DNA from: Clostridia bacterium | Lineage (GTDB): Bacteria > Bacillota > Clostridia > Oscillospirales > CAG-272 | Reading direction: 5' to 3' | Assembly (NCBI GenBank): GCA_017463815.1 | Contig: JAFTOK010000169.1 | Coordinates: 1-49,776, forward strand | Length of the DNA: 49,776 bases | Shown here: in pieces, positions 34,322 through 43,440 of the stretch | Layout: every line of letters begins with the position of its first letter | Position numbering within the stretch: position 1 is the first letter of the stretch | Translations under genes and position numbers: made by a program | Notes under the pieces: generated by a model | The model's database searches: none | What the model was told of the DNA's origin: nothing | What the model saw: the letters and a program-made list of their open reading frames with translations, nothing else

Positions 34322-35437
34322 TTATTTCTTTGCTTCGCGGATACCGTCTACGTAAGTGTGAATTTTCTTAACGGGGTTAAGTATTTCGCTCATAGTTTCG
34401 TCGCGGTTGAGGCGGTCGATAATGTGCGCAACGTATTTGCACATATTAACCTCCGCATACCAGGGTTTGTTTATGATTTCGGGCGTGCGATAGTTGAGGT
34501 TCGTTGTGAAGATTTTATCCACAATGCCCTTTTCATATGCCGCGTCGAGGTGAGCACAACCGTTGCAGAAGAGGCCGAACGTAGCGAAAACGAAAATACG
34601 TCTTGCGCCCATATCTTTAAGTTTAGCCGCAACGTCTATAACGCTGTCGCCGGAGGAAATCATATCGTCTACAACAATCACGTCTTTGCCTTTAACGGAT
34701 TTACCGAGGAATTCGTGTGCTTCTATGGGGTTTCTGCCGTCTACGATGATTGTGTAGTTGCGGCGTTTGTAGAACATACCGAGCTCTACGCCGAGAACGG
34801 AGGAGCAATACATTGCTCTGCCCATACCGCCTTCGTCGGGAGAAATAATCATCGTTGTTTCGGGGTCGAATGTGATGTCGGGATATTCGCGAACGAGCGC
34901 TTTGAACATCTGGTAAGAGGTACGAACGTTATCGAAACCGCTTCTCGGAATAGCGTTCTGCACGCGGGGGTCGTGCGCGTCGAACGTGATGATGTTGGAA
35001 ACGCCCATATTGATAAGCTCCTGAAGAGCTACCGCGCAGTCGAGCGATTCGCGTGCGCTGCGTTTGTGCTGTCTGCCCTCATAGAGCATAGGCATAATAA
35101 CGGAAATACGGCGAGCCTTACCTGCAATAGCGCAAATCATACGCTTAAGGTCCTGGAAATGGTCGTCGGGGCTCATAGGAACGAGCTGGCCGTACATTTT
35201 GTATTTTACACCGTAGTTGAAAACGTCGGCATAGATGTATGTGTCGTGGCCGCGGAGCGTTTCAAGGATAATACCCTTGCCTTCGCCCGTGCCGAAACGG
35301 GGGCAATCTGCCTTTACAATATATGTTTCGTCCTGGTCGCCACGCCATTCGTGAATGTAGTTGTCAACCTCGGCAAGGAAATCTTCGCTTCCTTTCATAC
35401 CGATTACGCTTAATTTCCCGAAATATTTAGAGTCCAT
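34322..35437 (-). CDS. prs: Ribose-phosphate diphosphokinase family protein (long form)
   Basis: ...VIMPMLYEGRQHKR..., ...ITFDAHD... and the PRPP-binding loop VIVVDDMISSGDS are present. I chose the ATG at 35437, because the track start is a TTG. Confidence 0.8.
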   Translation of the reverse strand: MDSKYFGKLSVIGMKGSEDFLAEVDNYIHEWRGDQDETYIVKADCPRFGTGEGKGIILETLRGHDTYIYADVFNYGVKYKMYGQLVPMSPDDHFQDLKRMICAIAGKARRISVIMPMLYEGRQHKRSARESLDCAVALQELINMGVSNIITFDAHDPRVQNAIPRSGFDNVRTSYQMFKALVREYPDITFDPETTMIISPDEGGMGRAMYCSSVLGVELGMFYKRRNYTIIVDGRNPIEAHEFLGKSVKGKDVIVVDDMISSGDSVIDVAAKLKDMGARRIFVFATFGLFCNGCAHLDAAYEKGIVDKIFTTNLNYRTPEIINKPWYAEVNMCKYVAHIIDRLNRDETMSEILNPVKKIHTYVDGIREAKK

Positions 35438-35472
35438 AAAAAGTCCTTTCAATTTTAACGTTTATTTCTTTA

Positions 35473-36765
35473 TTAAAGTTTAAAAACCGTTTCGATTTCT
35501 TTAACTTCTTCATCGTTGATTTTTACCACTTCGCCTTTAATGCTCTTGGCCTGGATAAGCGATTTCGCGCTGTATTCCATAACCTCAAGCCTGTCGAAAG
35601 CGTTTGCAAGCGAGCTGCCTGCGGCAACAGCGCAGTCGCTTTCAATTATCGCAACGGGGTTCTTCATAGAAAATTCACGCGCCAAAAGTTTGGGCTGCAT
35701 AAAGGTAGAACCGAAGGGGAATTTTCTTACCGTTTTGAGCGCTATATAGCTTTCGGGGATAAGACGTGCATCGAAATCGTTGTCTGTAACGGCGAAAGCC
35801 ATAAGGTGCGGCGGATGTGCGATTATAATAGAGTTGATGTCGGGGTGCTGCTCGTACATATACATATGGAATTTAACGGAGCGAGAGGGGTTCTTGCCCG
35901 CTTCGCATTCGCCGTTTTTGATAAGCACGAGGTCCTCGGGTTCAAGGTAGGCTCTGTCTTTACCGTTGGGAGTGATGACAAAAGAGCCGTCTGCAAGTCT
36001 GCAGGAGAAAGTGCCCTGTTCGCTTGTAAAGAGCTGTTCGCCGTATGCGCGCTTAATCAGCGTGCACATATCGCGGCGCACCGCTTGTTCTTCGCTGGTG
36101 TGCACGGAAGGGCAAAACTCGGAAAGCTGCGGAGCTGTTTTTTGCTTGAAAACTTCCAGATGTTTGTCGGAAATCGTCTGTATTTTGCCGCCGAGCGTGC
36201 CCGCGTTGATTTCGAGGCGCGCAAGGTAATCGAGCGTTTCAAAGCTCATAAAAGCGGCAAAAAGGTCTTTCGCGCCAACCACAACACCGTGGTTTTCGAG
36301 CAATACGGTATTTACGCCCTTTTCAAACTCGCGGGAGATGTTTTCGCCGAGCTTTGCGCTGCCGGGGCAAGCGTAAGGAGCTATGGCAATATCGCCGCAA
36401 AGTATGCGTGCATCGGGGATAATCGCCGTATCGGGGCTTTTGCGCAACAAGCTGAACGCAACGAGCGCGGGCGGATGTGCGTGGAGCACAGCGCCGAGGT
36501 CGGGGCGCTTTTTATATATGCCGAGGTGGAAGGGGTATTCCACAGAAGGTTTGTGAATACCCACAATCGTGCCGTCGGGCTTGATTTGCATAATGTCTTC
36601 TCTGCGCAGGCTACCTTTGTCTACGCCGCTGGGGCTTATCCAAACAGTGCCTTCGCTGTCTTTAACGGAAAGGTTGCCGCCTGTCATCGTCGTCATACCG
36701 TAGTAGTAAAGACGGTTCATTATGGTTACGATTTGGTCGGCGGGGTGAAGCATACTGAAATTCAT
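35473..36765 (-). CDS. Tandem-domain class II aldolase/adducin-family protein, probably the rhamnulose-1-phosphate aldolase of this operon
   Basis: There are two aldolase_II modules. The first is GGNLSVKD...ISPSGVDKG...VLHAHPPALVAF. The second is ...FVITPNGKDRA...IIAHPPHLMAF. The gene is adjacent to rhaA and rhaB. Confidence 0.7.
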   Translation of the reverse strand: MNFSMLHPADQIVTIMNRLYYYGMTTMTGGNLSVKDSEGTVWISPSGVDKGSLRREDIMQIKPDGTIVGIHKPSVEYPFHLGIYKKRPDLGAVLHAHPPALVAFSLLRKSPDTAIIPDARILCGDIAIAPYACPGSAKLGENISREFEKGVNTVLLENHGVVVGAKDLFAAFMSFETLDYLARLEINAGTLGGKIQTISDKHLEVFKQKTAPQLSEFCPSVHTSEEQAVRRDMCTLIKRAYGEQLFTSEQGTFSCRLADGSFVITPNGKDRAYLEPEDLVLIKNGECEAGKNPSRSVKFHMYMYEQHPDINSIIIAHPPHLMAFAVTDNDFDARLIPESYIALKTVRKFPFGSTFMQPKLLAREFSMKNPVAIIESDCAVAAGSSLANAFDRLEVMEYSAKSLIQAKSIKGEVVKINDEEVKEIETVFKL

Positions 36766-36800
36766 ATAATCACCTTCACTTTTCTATAATTTTAGGGGGG

Positions 36801-38054
36801 TTATCTTTTGGAAAGAACTTCTTCCTCGTATTTTTTAACTTCAGCATACCAAGCGTGGTTTGCGGGAACACCGCATTCTTCGCAGTATTTTTCCCATACG
36901 TCTTCGAAGGGGAGCATCTTCATATCTTCCTGCATAACCATAAGTTCTGTGAAGTTGCTTTCGTCCTGAAGCTTCTTGAGCATTGCGTTGGGCGTGCAAA
37001 GAGCTGTGAGGAGCGCTTTCTGCCAGCTTCTGAAGCCAACAGTCCAAGCGGAAATTCTGTTTATGCTTGCATCGAAATAGTCGAGCGCCATATAAACTCT
37101 GTCGAGTGCGTCGCAACGAACGATTTCTTTTGCCATTTCTTTTGTTTCGTCGTCGAGGAGAAGAACGTGGTCGCTATCCCAGCGAACGCCGCGCGTGATA
37201 TGGAGCGCGATTTCGGGGAAGAAGCAAAGGAGCGCGGGAATCTTGTCAGAAACAACTTCCGTGGGGTGGTAGTGACCGTTGTCCATAAGGGGCAGGCATT
37301 TATCCTTGTGCATAGCAGCCATACTGAGTGTGAACTCTGCGCTGCCCGCTGTGTAGGATTCTACACCGATACCGAACACTTTGGATTCTACGCAAGGTTT
37401 AACCTTTGCGAAATCGAAAGGTTCGGAAAGAATTTCTTCAATAGATTCTTTGTATCTCATTCTGGGGCCCATTCTGTCTGCGGGAACGTCTTTGAAGCCG
37501 TCGCCTGTCCAGATATTCATAACGCAGGGTACACCCGTTTCTTCTGCAAAGTAGTTTGCAATGCGGATGCACGCTTTGCCGTGCTCAATCCAGAATTTTC
37601 TTACTTCCGCGTCGGGGTGGGAAAGTGTAAGTCCGTCTTTCTGCATAGGATGAGAGAAGAATGTGGGGTTGAAGTCTATACCCATATTTCTTTCTTTTGC
37701 GAACTCAACCCATTTTTTGAAGTGTTTGGGTTCAAGTTTATCTCTGTCTACCCATTCGCCTTCTTCAAAAATAGCGTAGCAAGCGTGAACGTTGAGCTTT
37801 TTCGCGCCGGGGCAAAGGGAAATAACCTTGTCCATATCAGCCAGAAGCTGTGCAGGTGTTGTAGCCTTGCCGGGGTAGTTACCCGTTGTCTGAATACCGC
37901 CTGTGAGGCCGCCTTCGTTATCAAAGCCGATAACGTCGTCGCCCTGCCAGCAGTGGAGAGAAACGGGAATGTTTTTGAGTTTCGCGATAGCCGCGTCTGT
38001 ATCCACGCCGTAAGCCGCGAAAATCTCTTTTGCAGATTCATATCTTGTGTTCAT
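36801..38054 (-). CDS. rhaA: L-rhamnose isomerase
   Basis: ...IPVSLHCWQGDDVIGF...TGNYPGKA... and ...MDNGHYHPTE... match RhaA along its full length. Confidence 0.9.
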   Translation of the reverse strand: MNTRYESAKEIFAAYGVDTDAAIAKLKNIPVSLHCWQGDDVIGFDNEGGLTGGIQTTGNYPGKATTPAQLLADMDKVISLCPGAKKLNVHACYAIFEEGEWVDRDKLEPKHFKKWVEFAKERNMGIDFNPTFFSHPMQKDGLTLSHPDAEVRKFWIEHGKACIRIANYFAEETGVPCVMNIWTGDGFKDVPADRMGPRMRYKESIEEILSEPFDFAKVKPCVESKVFGIGVESYTAGSAEFTLSMAAMHKDKCLPLMDNGHYHPTEVVSDKIPALLCFFPEIALHITRGVRWDSDHVLLLDDETKEMAKEIVRCDALDRVYMALDYFDASINRISAWTVGFRSWQKALLTALCTPNAMLKKLQDESNFTELMVMQEDMKMLPFEDVWEKYCEECGVPANHAWYAEVKKYEEEVLSKR

Positions 38055-38128
38055 TTTGCGTTCTCCTTAAAGATTTTATATATTTTTCGTAAAATTGTTT
38101 TTCGGTCAATTCTGCGTTTTGCATTCTT

Positions 38129-39604
38129 TTAAATAAGTTTTTTGAACTTTTCGTAAGCTTCGTCCCATTCGTCTTTGTTTGCTTCGGGATAGAATTCTTC
38201 GATTTCAAAGGAATTTGCGATAATCTCGCGTGCTTCGCGGAGGTCTTTAACTTCGCCGCTTGCAATAGCCTGCGCCGCGATGTTGCCGAGTGCCGTTGCT
38301 TCTACGGGGCCTGTGAATACGGGTCTGCCGCAAGCGTTCGCCGCAAGCTGGGAAAGGAGCTTATCCTGCGTGCCGCCGCCCACGATATTGATTGCGGGCA
38401 TACGTTCGCCAACCATTTCGTCGATTTTTTCAACAGTCCATCTGTATCTCATCGCCAAGCTCTGGCTTATGCAACGAACGATTTCGCCGACTGTTTCGGG
38501 TATGGGCTGGTTTGTTTCCGCGCAGTATTCGCGGATTTTCTTCGGAATGTTGCCGGGAACGCCGAAACGGGGGTCGTCGGGGTCGATAAAGCTCTGCAAG
38601 GGTTTTGCCGCTTTGCCCATTTCAACAAGCTCGCCAAAGCCGTATGTAGTGCCCTCGCGAATCCACTGTCTGCGGGATTCCTGAAGGACCCAAAGACCCG
38701 TGATGTTTTTGGAGAAGCGGAACGTGCCGCCGTAGCCGCCTTCGTTTGTGAAGTTGTAAGCGGAGGATTTTTCGCTGATTTGCGGTTCTTTCGTTTCCGT
38801 ACCCATAATAGACCAAGTGCCGGAGCTTATCCAGATGAATTTATCGCTCTTTGCGGGAACTGCTACAACAGCAGAGGCTGTGTCGTGTGCGCCTACGGAG
38901 ATAACCGTGGGGTCTATGCCGCCGCATTCCTCTTTTACGTCTGCGCGGAGCTTGCCGCAAACCGTGCCGGGTTCAACGATGTCGGAGAAAATGTGCTTCG
39001 GCAAGCCGAATTTTTCGATAATTTCGTTCGACCAGTTTCTTGCGCGGGCGTCGAGGAGCTGGGATGTGGAGGCGATTGTATATTCCGTCTGCTTTTTGCC
39101 CGTGAGGAAGTAGTTGAGCAGGTCAGGCACGAAAAGCATATCCTTTGCAATGCCGAGAAGCTCGGGGTTTTCTTTCTGGAGCGCCAAGAGCTGGTAGAGG
39201 GAGTTGAAATCCATCACCTGAATGCCCGTTATGTCGTAAAGCTTTTCGCGGGGGAACGTTTTGAAGGCTTCTTCGGGAACGCCTACAGTTCTCGTATCTC
39301 TGTAATGTACGGGGTTGGCAAGAAGTCTGCCGTCTTTGCCAAGCAAGCCGAAGTCAACGCCCCAAGTGTCGATACCGATAGAAGCGATGTCTTTATCTTC
39401 GGAAAGCGCGCAGTTGCGAATGGACTGCTTGATTTCGTGGAAAATACGCAAAATATCCCACGTGAACTGCCCCGCCGCCATTGTGGGGTCGTTCGTGAAG
39501 CGGTGGTTTTCCGCCAGAGCGAATTTTTCGCCGTCGAAAGTGCCAACTATACCCCTGCCGCTGGACGCGCCGAGGTCGATGGCAAGCATTTTGAGTTTTT
39601 TCAT
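38129..39604 (-). CDS. rhaB: Rhamnulokinase
   Basis: It belongs to the FGGY kinase family, with LAIDLGASSGRGIV..., ...GIDTWGVDFGLL... and ...IVGGGTQDKLLSQL. The ATG at 39604 follows GGGAG. Confidence 0.88.
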   Translation of the reverse strand: MKKLKMLAIDLGASSGRGIVGTFDGEKFALAENHRFTNDPTMAAGQFTWDILRIFHEIKQSIRNCALSEDKDIASIGIDTWGVDFGLLGKDGRLLANPVHYRDTRTVGVPEEAFKTFPREKLYDITGIQVMDFNSLYQLLALQKENPELLGIAKDMLFVPDLLNYFLTGKKQTEYTIASTSQLLDARARNWSNEIIEKFGLPKHIFSDIVEPGTVCGKLRADVKEECGGIDPTVISVGAHDTASAVVAVPAKSDKFIWISSGTWSIMGTETKEPQISEKSSAYNFTNEGGYGGTFRFSKNITGLWVLQESRRQWIREGTTYGFGELVEMGKAAKPLQSFIDPDDPRFGVPGNIPKKIREYCAETNQPIPETVGEIVRCISQSLAMRYRWTVEKIDEMVGERMPAINIVGGGTQDKLLSQLAANACGRPVFTGPVEATALGNIAAQAIASGEVKDLREAREIIANSFEIEEFYPEANKDEWDEAYEKFKKLI

Positions 39605-39686
39605 TCTTTTCTCCCTTCCCCGCCTTTCTTTCACGGAAAGGCAGGTCTGTTATTTATATTCTTGTGTTTTTTAGTTGCTGGTTTTG

Positions 39687-39733
39687 GGCTTCCCCTAGAG
39701 GGGAAGCTGTCGCGAAAGCGACTGATGAGGTGT
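39687..39733 (+). repeat. Alpha arm of the nested-hairpin repeat family
   Basis: GGCTTCCCC-TAG-AGGGGAAG CTG TCGC-GAAA-GCGA CTGATGAGGTGT. It ends 1 nt (39734) before the stop codon of the 394-aa gene. Confidence 0.7.
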
Positions 39734-39734
39734 C

Positions 39735-40919
39735 TTATGAGTTTACACCAAAATAAATATTTTCTTTATCGACTAGCAAATCTAAAGGCTGATTATAAAG
39801 CCTATTAACCATATTTATATTATCTATAAAAGGCTCAGCAGAACTGTTTTCAAAAACAGAAATATATTCCATTGTACGTTCTGTACGCTTCTCTCCCAAA
39901 TCTGTTAGTTTATTTCCTTGTTCAATCAAATTTTCATCAATTTGAGATTTATTCACATATGGAATTTTTGCTACAATATTGCCAGCTGATTTGCTTACTT
40001 TTGCAACACCGCCAATAAAATGAGATTGTATGGATGATTTTGAATAAGTTTCTATTTGATTATAGCACTTTTTATAAAGTTCGCTATATGTCAGCTCAAA
40101 ATTTTCTATCTTTCTCGAAATCTGCGTCAAATATCCCTCATCAAAATTCTCAAGAAGCATTACACCTAAATATGCAGAAAATGCATATATGTATGATGCT
40201 AATTGATATTCTTTTAGTAAAGAAGATATTTCTTGCATTTTATTTTTCAAATCTTTATCTATATGAATTAAAGACTGCTTAACAAGTTTTTTATTTATAC
40301 GTTCTTGGTAGAATAAAATACTTGCTTCCGACTCTTGCATGATATCTAAAATTTTAATATAATTGCTATCTTTATACTGTTTATTAGACCAATTATATTT
40401 GTAATTATTTAATATATCAGAAAGCAACGAAAGATTAGCTTTCAAATTAGCTCGTTCTTTTTCTTCTAAAAATTCCAAAATTTCTTTCTGTGCTTCTCTT
40501 ATACTGTCAAGTTTTTGATTAACATTCATCAAAGCAACCGCCATAAAAAGCATTGTTGGGTCGCAAGCAAGCGGATTTAAACGAGCCTGCCCTCCGCCTA
40601 CCATACCGTCTTTATTTAAAACAGCGCCCAAATATGAATTTTCATACTTAAATTTAGCCAAACTACCGCCATTTGGCACAGTTACATAATACAACCCGCT
40701 TTTGGCTTTTCCTCTATTTATAATCGTTTGAACAGCCTGAGTTAATGGTTCAAAGGCAACTCCAAAAGACGAAAGTTCGGATAAAGGCAATTTTTTATAT
40801 TTGTCTAAATCCGTTTTTTCCAGCACCGCAGGAAGTGTAGGAAAAAACTCAATATTTGTCATAGCTTTAACGATATTTTCTTTTTCTAATATCAAAGATT
40901 TCTTGTTTTTTCCAAACAT
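39735..40919 (-). CDS. Hypothetical protein of 394 aa, an orphan with no domain I recognise
   Basis: It is a long clean ORF with the RBS GGAGAAAGAA-ATG. The mixed N-terminal region contains ...GLYYVTVPNGGSLAKFKYENSYLGAVLNKDGMVGGGQARLNP..., followed by a long predicted helical or coiled region. It has no TM segment and no Cys clusters. Confidence 0.75.
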   Translation of the reverse strand: MFGKNKKSLILEKENIVKAMTNIEFFPTLPAVLEKTDLDKYKKLPLSELSSFGVAFEPLTQAVQTIINRGKAKSGLYYVTVPNGGSLAKFKYENSYLGAVLNKDGMVGGGQARLNPLACDPTMLFMAVALMNVNQKLDSIREAQKEILEFLEEKERANLKANLSLLSDILNNYKYNWSNKQYKDSNYIKILDIMQESEASILFYQERINKKLVKQSLIHIDKDLKNKMQEISSLLKEYQLASYIYAFSAYLGVMLLENFDEGYLTQISRKIENFELTYSELYKKCYNQIETYSKSSIQSHFIGGVAKVSKSAGNIVAKIPYVNKSQIDENLIEQGNKLTDLGEKRTERTMEYISVFENSSAEPFIDNINMVNRLYNQPLDLLVDKENIYFGVNS

Positions 40920-40962
40920 TTCTTTCTCCGTGATTTTCTTAAAGAGTTAATTTATGTGCGTA

Positions 40963-41011
40963 GCATCCTCATCCACCGCAAGCGGTCCCCCTTCCCCCGC
41001 TTGGGGAAGGC
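40963..41011 (+). repeat. Beta arm of the nested-hairpin repeat family
   Basis: GCATCCTCATCC ACCGC-AA-GCGGT CCCCC TTCCCC-CGCT-TGGGGAAGG. It lies 17 nt from the mutS2 stop codon. Confidence 0.7.
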
Positions 41012-41028
41012 TCGGTGTCATTCTGTAT

Positions 41029-43440
41029 TTACCGCAGTTCCGCGATGGAAACGCCCGTATCGCCCTCGCCCCATTCGCCTATGCGGACGGAAAGCACGCG
41101 GGTGTCGCTTTTAAGGTATTCCGTCACACGTCTGCGGAGCACGCCCGTGCCCTTGCCGTGTACGATGCGGATTGTCTTCACGCCCACGCGCAGCGCGTCG
41201 TCGATGTATTTATCCACCATTTCGCACGCTTCGTCGCCGTATTTGCCGCGCAAATCGAGCTGCGGCGCAAAAGACGTTACCGCACGCTCCTGGTAGAACG
41301 AAATCGTCTTTTTCTTTTCTTTTTCCTTGCAGATGACCGTCTTGCCGTCTATGAGCATAAGGCGGGAGGAATTCATCTTCATCGTGGCGTTGCCGACCTT
41401 TACCATCACATTACCCTTTTTATCGGGCGCGGAGGTAACCTCGCCTTTTTTGTTGAGGTCTACTACGATAACGCCGTCGCCCACGCGTAGCTCGCGCGGT
41501 AGCTTATAATCGCCCATTTCCGTTTTGAAAACAGGGTCTATTTCGTCCGTGTTATCTTTGAGGTGGGCACGAATGGCTTTTCGCGTTTCCTCGAGGGTTT
41601 GGGCAAGGTTTTCTTTGTCCTTCTGCTTTTTCGCTTTTTCAAGCTCGGCAAAGATAAATTCGCTTGTGGCTTTCGCCGCCTCTACCATTCTGCGTGCCTG
41701 CTCGCGCGCTTTTTCAAGCTCTTTCTGCGCCTCCGCGAGCTTTTTCTCTGCCGCTTCGTCGCTTTCCTGCTTTTTCGCCGTCATTTCGGTGAGCAAAACG
41801 TCGGCGTCGGCGCGGCTTTTTTCCATCTTCATACGCTCGCTTTCGAGCTTGTCTATAACGCGCTCGAAGCGCTTATCCTCGCCGGAAACGAAGCGTTCGG
41901 CGCGCGCAAGTATCTCTGCGGGCAAGCCGAGCTTGCCGGAAATGGCAAAGGCATTGGATTTGCCGGGCGTACCTATTATAAGCTTATACGTTGGGCGAAG
42001 TGTTTCCACATCGAACTCGCAGGAGGCGTTGCAAACGCCGTCTGTATCCATAGCAAAAGATTTCAGCTCTACGTAGTGCGTGGTGGCGGCTATAAGCGCG
42101 TGCTTTTCGCGCATATTTTCAATAATCGCCATAGCGAGCGCCGCGCCCTCAATCGGGTCTGTGCCCGCTCCGAGCTCGTCAAAGAGCACGAGCGATTTAT
42201 CCGTAACTCTTTCTATTATATTTACAATCTTCACCATATGGGAAGAAAACGTGGAAAGCGATTGTTCTATGCTCTGTTCGTCGCCTATGTCGGCGAGGAT
42301 TTCGTCGAAGATGCACATAACAGAACCTTCGTTTGCGGGTATGTGCAAGCCCGCCTGCGTCATAAGAGCGAAAAGGCCGAGCGTTTTGAGCGTAACCGTC
42401 TTACCGCCCGTGTTGGGGCCCGTGATAATGAGCGTATCGAAATCTTTCCCAAGGCTCACGGTGACGGGCACGACAGTTTCCTTTGCTAAAAGCGGATGGC
42501 GCGCGGAAATAAGGCTTATTTCGCGCCCCTCGGAAATTTTCGGGCACATACCGTTGTAGGAAAAAGAAAGCTGTGCCTTTGCGAAAATGAACGCGAGGTC
42601 CGTTATAATTTCATAATCGGCTTTTATGCCGCCCGCCACGGCGGCAACTTCTGCGGAAAGCAGAGCTATTATGCGCTCTATTTCGTCCTTTTCCCTGCCC
42701 TCCAGCACGCGGAGCTCGTTGTTCGCCTCCACAACGCTCATCGGCTCTATAAAAAGCGTGGAGCCCGAAGCGGACGTGTCGTGAACAAGGCCTTTTATTT
42801 CGTTTTTGTATTCGAGCTTGACGGGGATAACGTATCTGCCGTCGCGCATCGTGATTATATTTTCCTGCAAATATTTTGCATACGTTCCGCCCGTCACGTA
42901 TTTTTGCAGGTTTTCGCGCACGCGGTTTTCCGCAGAACGCATTTTACGGCGGATGTTAAAAAGCTCGTCGGAAGCTGTGTCTGCCAGCGTTTCGGGGCCG
43001 ATAATCGCGCTGTTAATTTTGTCCTCCAGGTGCTTCTGCGGCACGAGGCGGTGGAAGTAATCGTCAAGAGCCGTGGGCTCTTCACCGTGGGCGAAAGCGT
43101 TGTACTCTTTCAGCGCGCGCGTAGCCGAAAGCACGCGGGCTACGGCAAGAAGCTCGGTAAGCTGGAGAGAGGCGCCCCTGTCCGCACGGTCGAGCGCGTC
43201 GAGTATATCGGAAACGCCGCCGAAAGGAGGCATTCCTTTCGCCGCGAGAGCCGTATATGCCGCGTCCGTTTCCGCGAGCGTCTTTTTTACCATCATCGCA
43301 GATGTCGTGGGCATAAGCTCGCGGGCGAGCGCCTTTGCGCCATCTGTGGGGGCAAAGTAGGCGAGCTTTTCGCGTATTTTATCAAATTCCAGCGCACGAA
43401 CGGCGCCTTCAAATCTTGTGTTTTCCATAGTGTTTATCAT
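41029..43440 (-). CDS. mutS2: Endonuclease MutS2
   Basis: It has the MutS ATPase Walker A (ITGPNTGGKTVTLK), ...LFDELGAGTDP... and a C-terminal Smr domain (LDLRGKYGDEA...IVHGKGTGVLR). Confidence 0.92.
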   Translation of the reverse strand: MINTMENTRFEGAVRALEFDKIREKLAYFAPTDGAKALARELMPTTSAMMVKKTLAETDAAYTALAAKGMPPFGGVSDILDALDRADRGASLQLTELLAVARVLSATRALKEYNAFAHGEEPTALDDYFHRLVPQKHLEDKINSAIIGPETLADTASDELFNIRRKMRSAENRVRENLQKYVTGGTYAKYLQENIITMRDGRYVIPVKLEYKNEIKGLVHDTSASGSTLFIEPMSVVEANNELRVLEGREKDEIERIIALLSAEVAAVAGGIKADYEIITDLAFIFAKAQLSFSYNGMCPKISEGREISLISARHPLLAKETVVPVTVSLGKDFDTLIITGPNTGGKTVTLKTLGLFALMTQAGLHIPANEGSVMCIFDEILADIGDEQSIEQSLSTFSSHMVKIVNIIERVTDKSLVLFDELGAGTDPIEGAALAMAIIENMREKHALIAATTHYVELKSFAMDTDGVCNASCEFDVETLRPTYKLIIGTPGKSNAFAISGKLGLPAEILARAERFVSGEDKRFERVIDKLESERMKMEKSRADADVLLTEMTAKKQESDEAAEKKLAEAQKELEKAREQARRMVEAAKATSEFIFAELEKAKKQKDKENLAQTLEETRKAIRAHLKDNTDEIDPVFKTEMGDYKLPRELRVGDGVIVVDLNKKGEVTSAPDKKGNVMVKVGNATMKMNSSRLMLIDGKTVICKEKEKKKTISFYQERAVTSFAPQLDLRGKYGDEACEMVDKYIDDALRVGVKTIRIVHGKGTGVLRRRVTEYLKSDTRVLSVRIGEWGEGDTGVSIAELR

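Larger units (their letters stand above)
39687..41011 (-). mobile_element. Candidate cargo-carrying member of the nested-hairpin repeat family, made of arms plus an AT-rich orphan gene
   Basis: The alpha arm lies at 39687-39733 and the beta arm at 40963-41011, in the same relative arrangement as the short copies. The interior is visibly far more AT-rich than mutS2 and rhaB on either side. Confidence 0.4.

Noticed and set aside
39716-39733. The CTGATGAG(G) box in the alpha arms is identical to the conserved CUGAUGA core of hammerhead ribozymes. It is preceded by a GAAA- or GTAA-looped hairpin.
   Set aside because: The order of elements does not fit any hammerhead topology. No GAAA junction strand follows a stem II, and no UH cleavage site is positioned between stems I and III. 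In complete elements the box is base-paired with CCTCATCC of the other arm rather than left single-stranded. I treat the match as coincidental unless a covariance-model scan says otherwise.
39687-41011. An integron-cassette interpretation, with the arms acting as attC-like recombination sites.
   Set aside because: I saw no RYYYAAC / GTTRRRY core sites in the arms and no intI-like integrase or attI in the window. There is also an arm on both sides of the gene rather than a single 3-prime attC.
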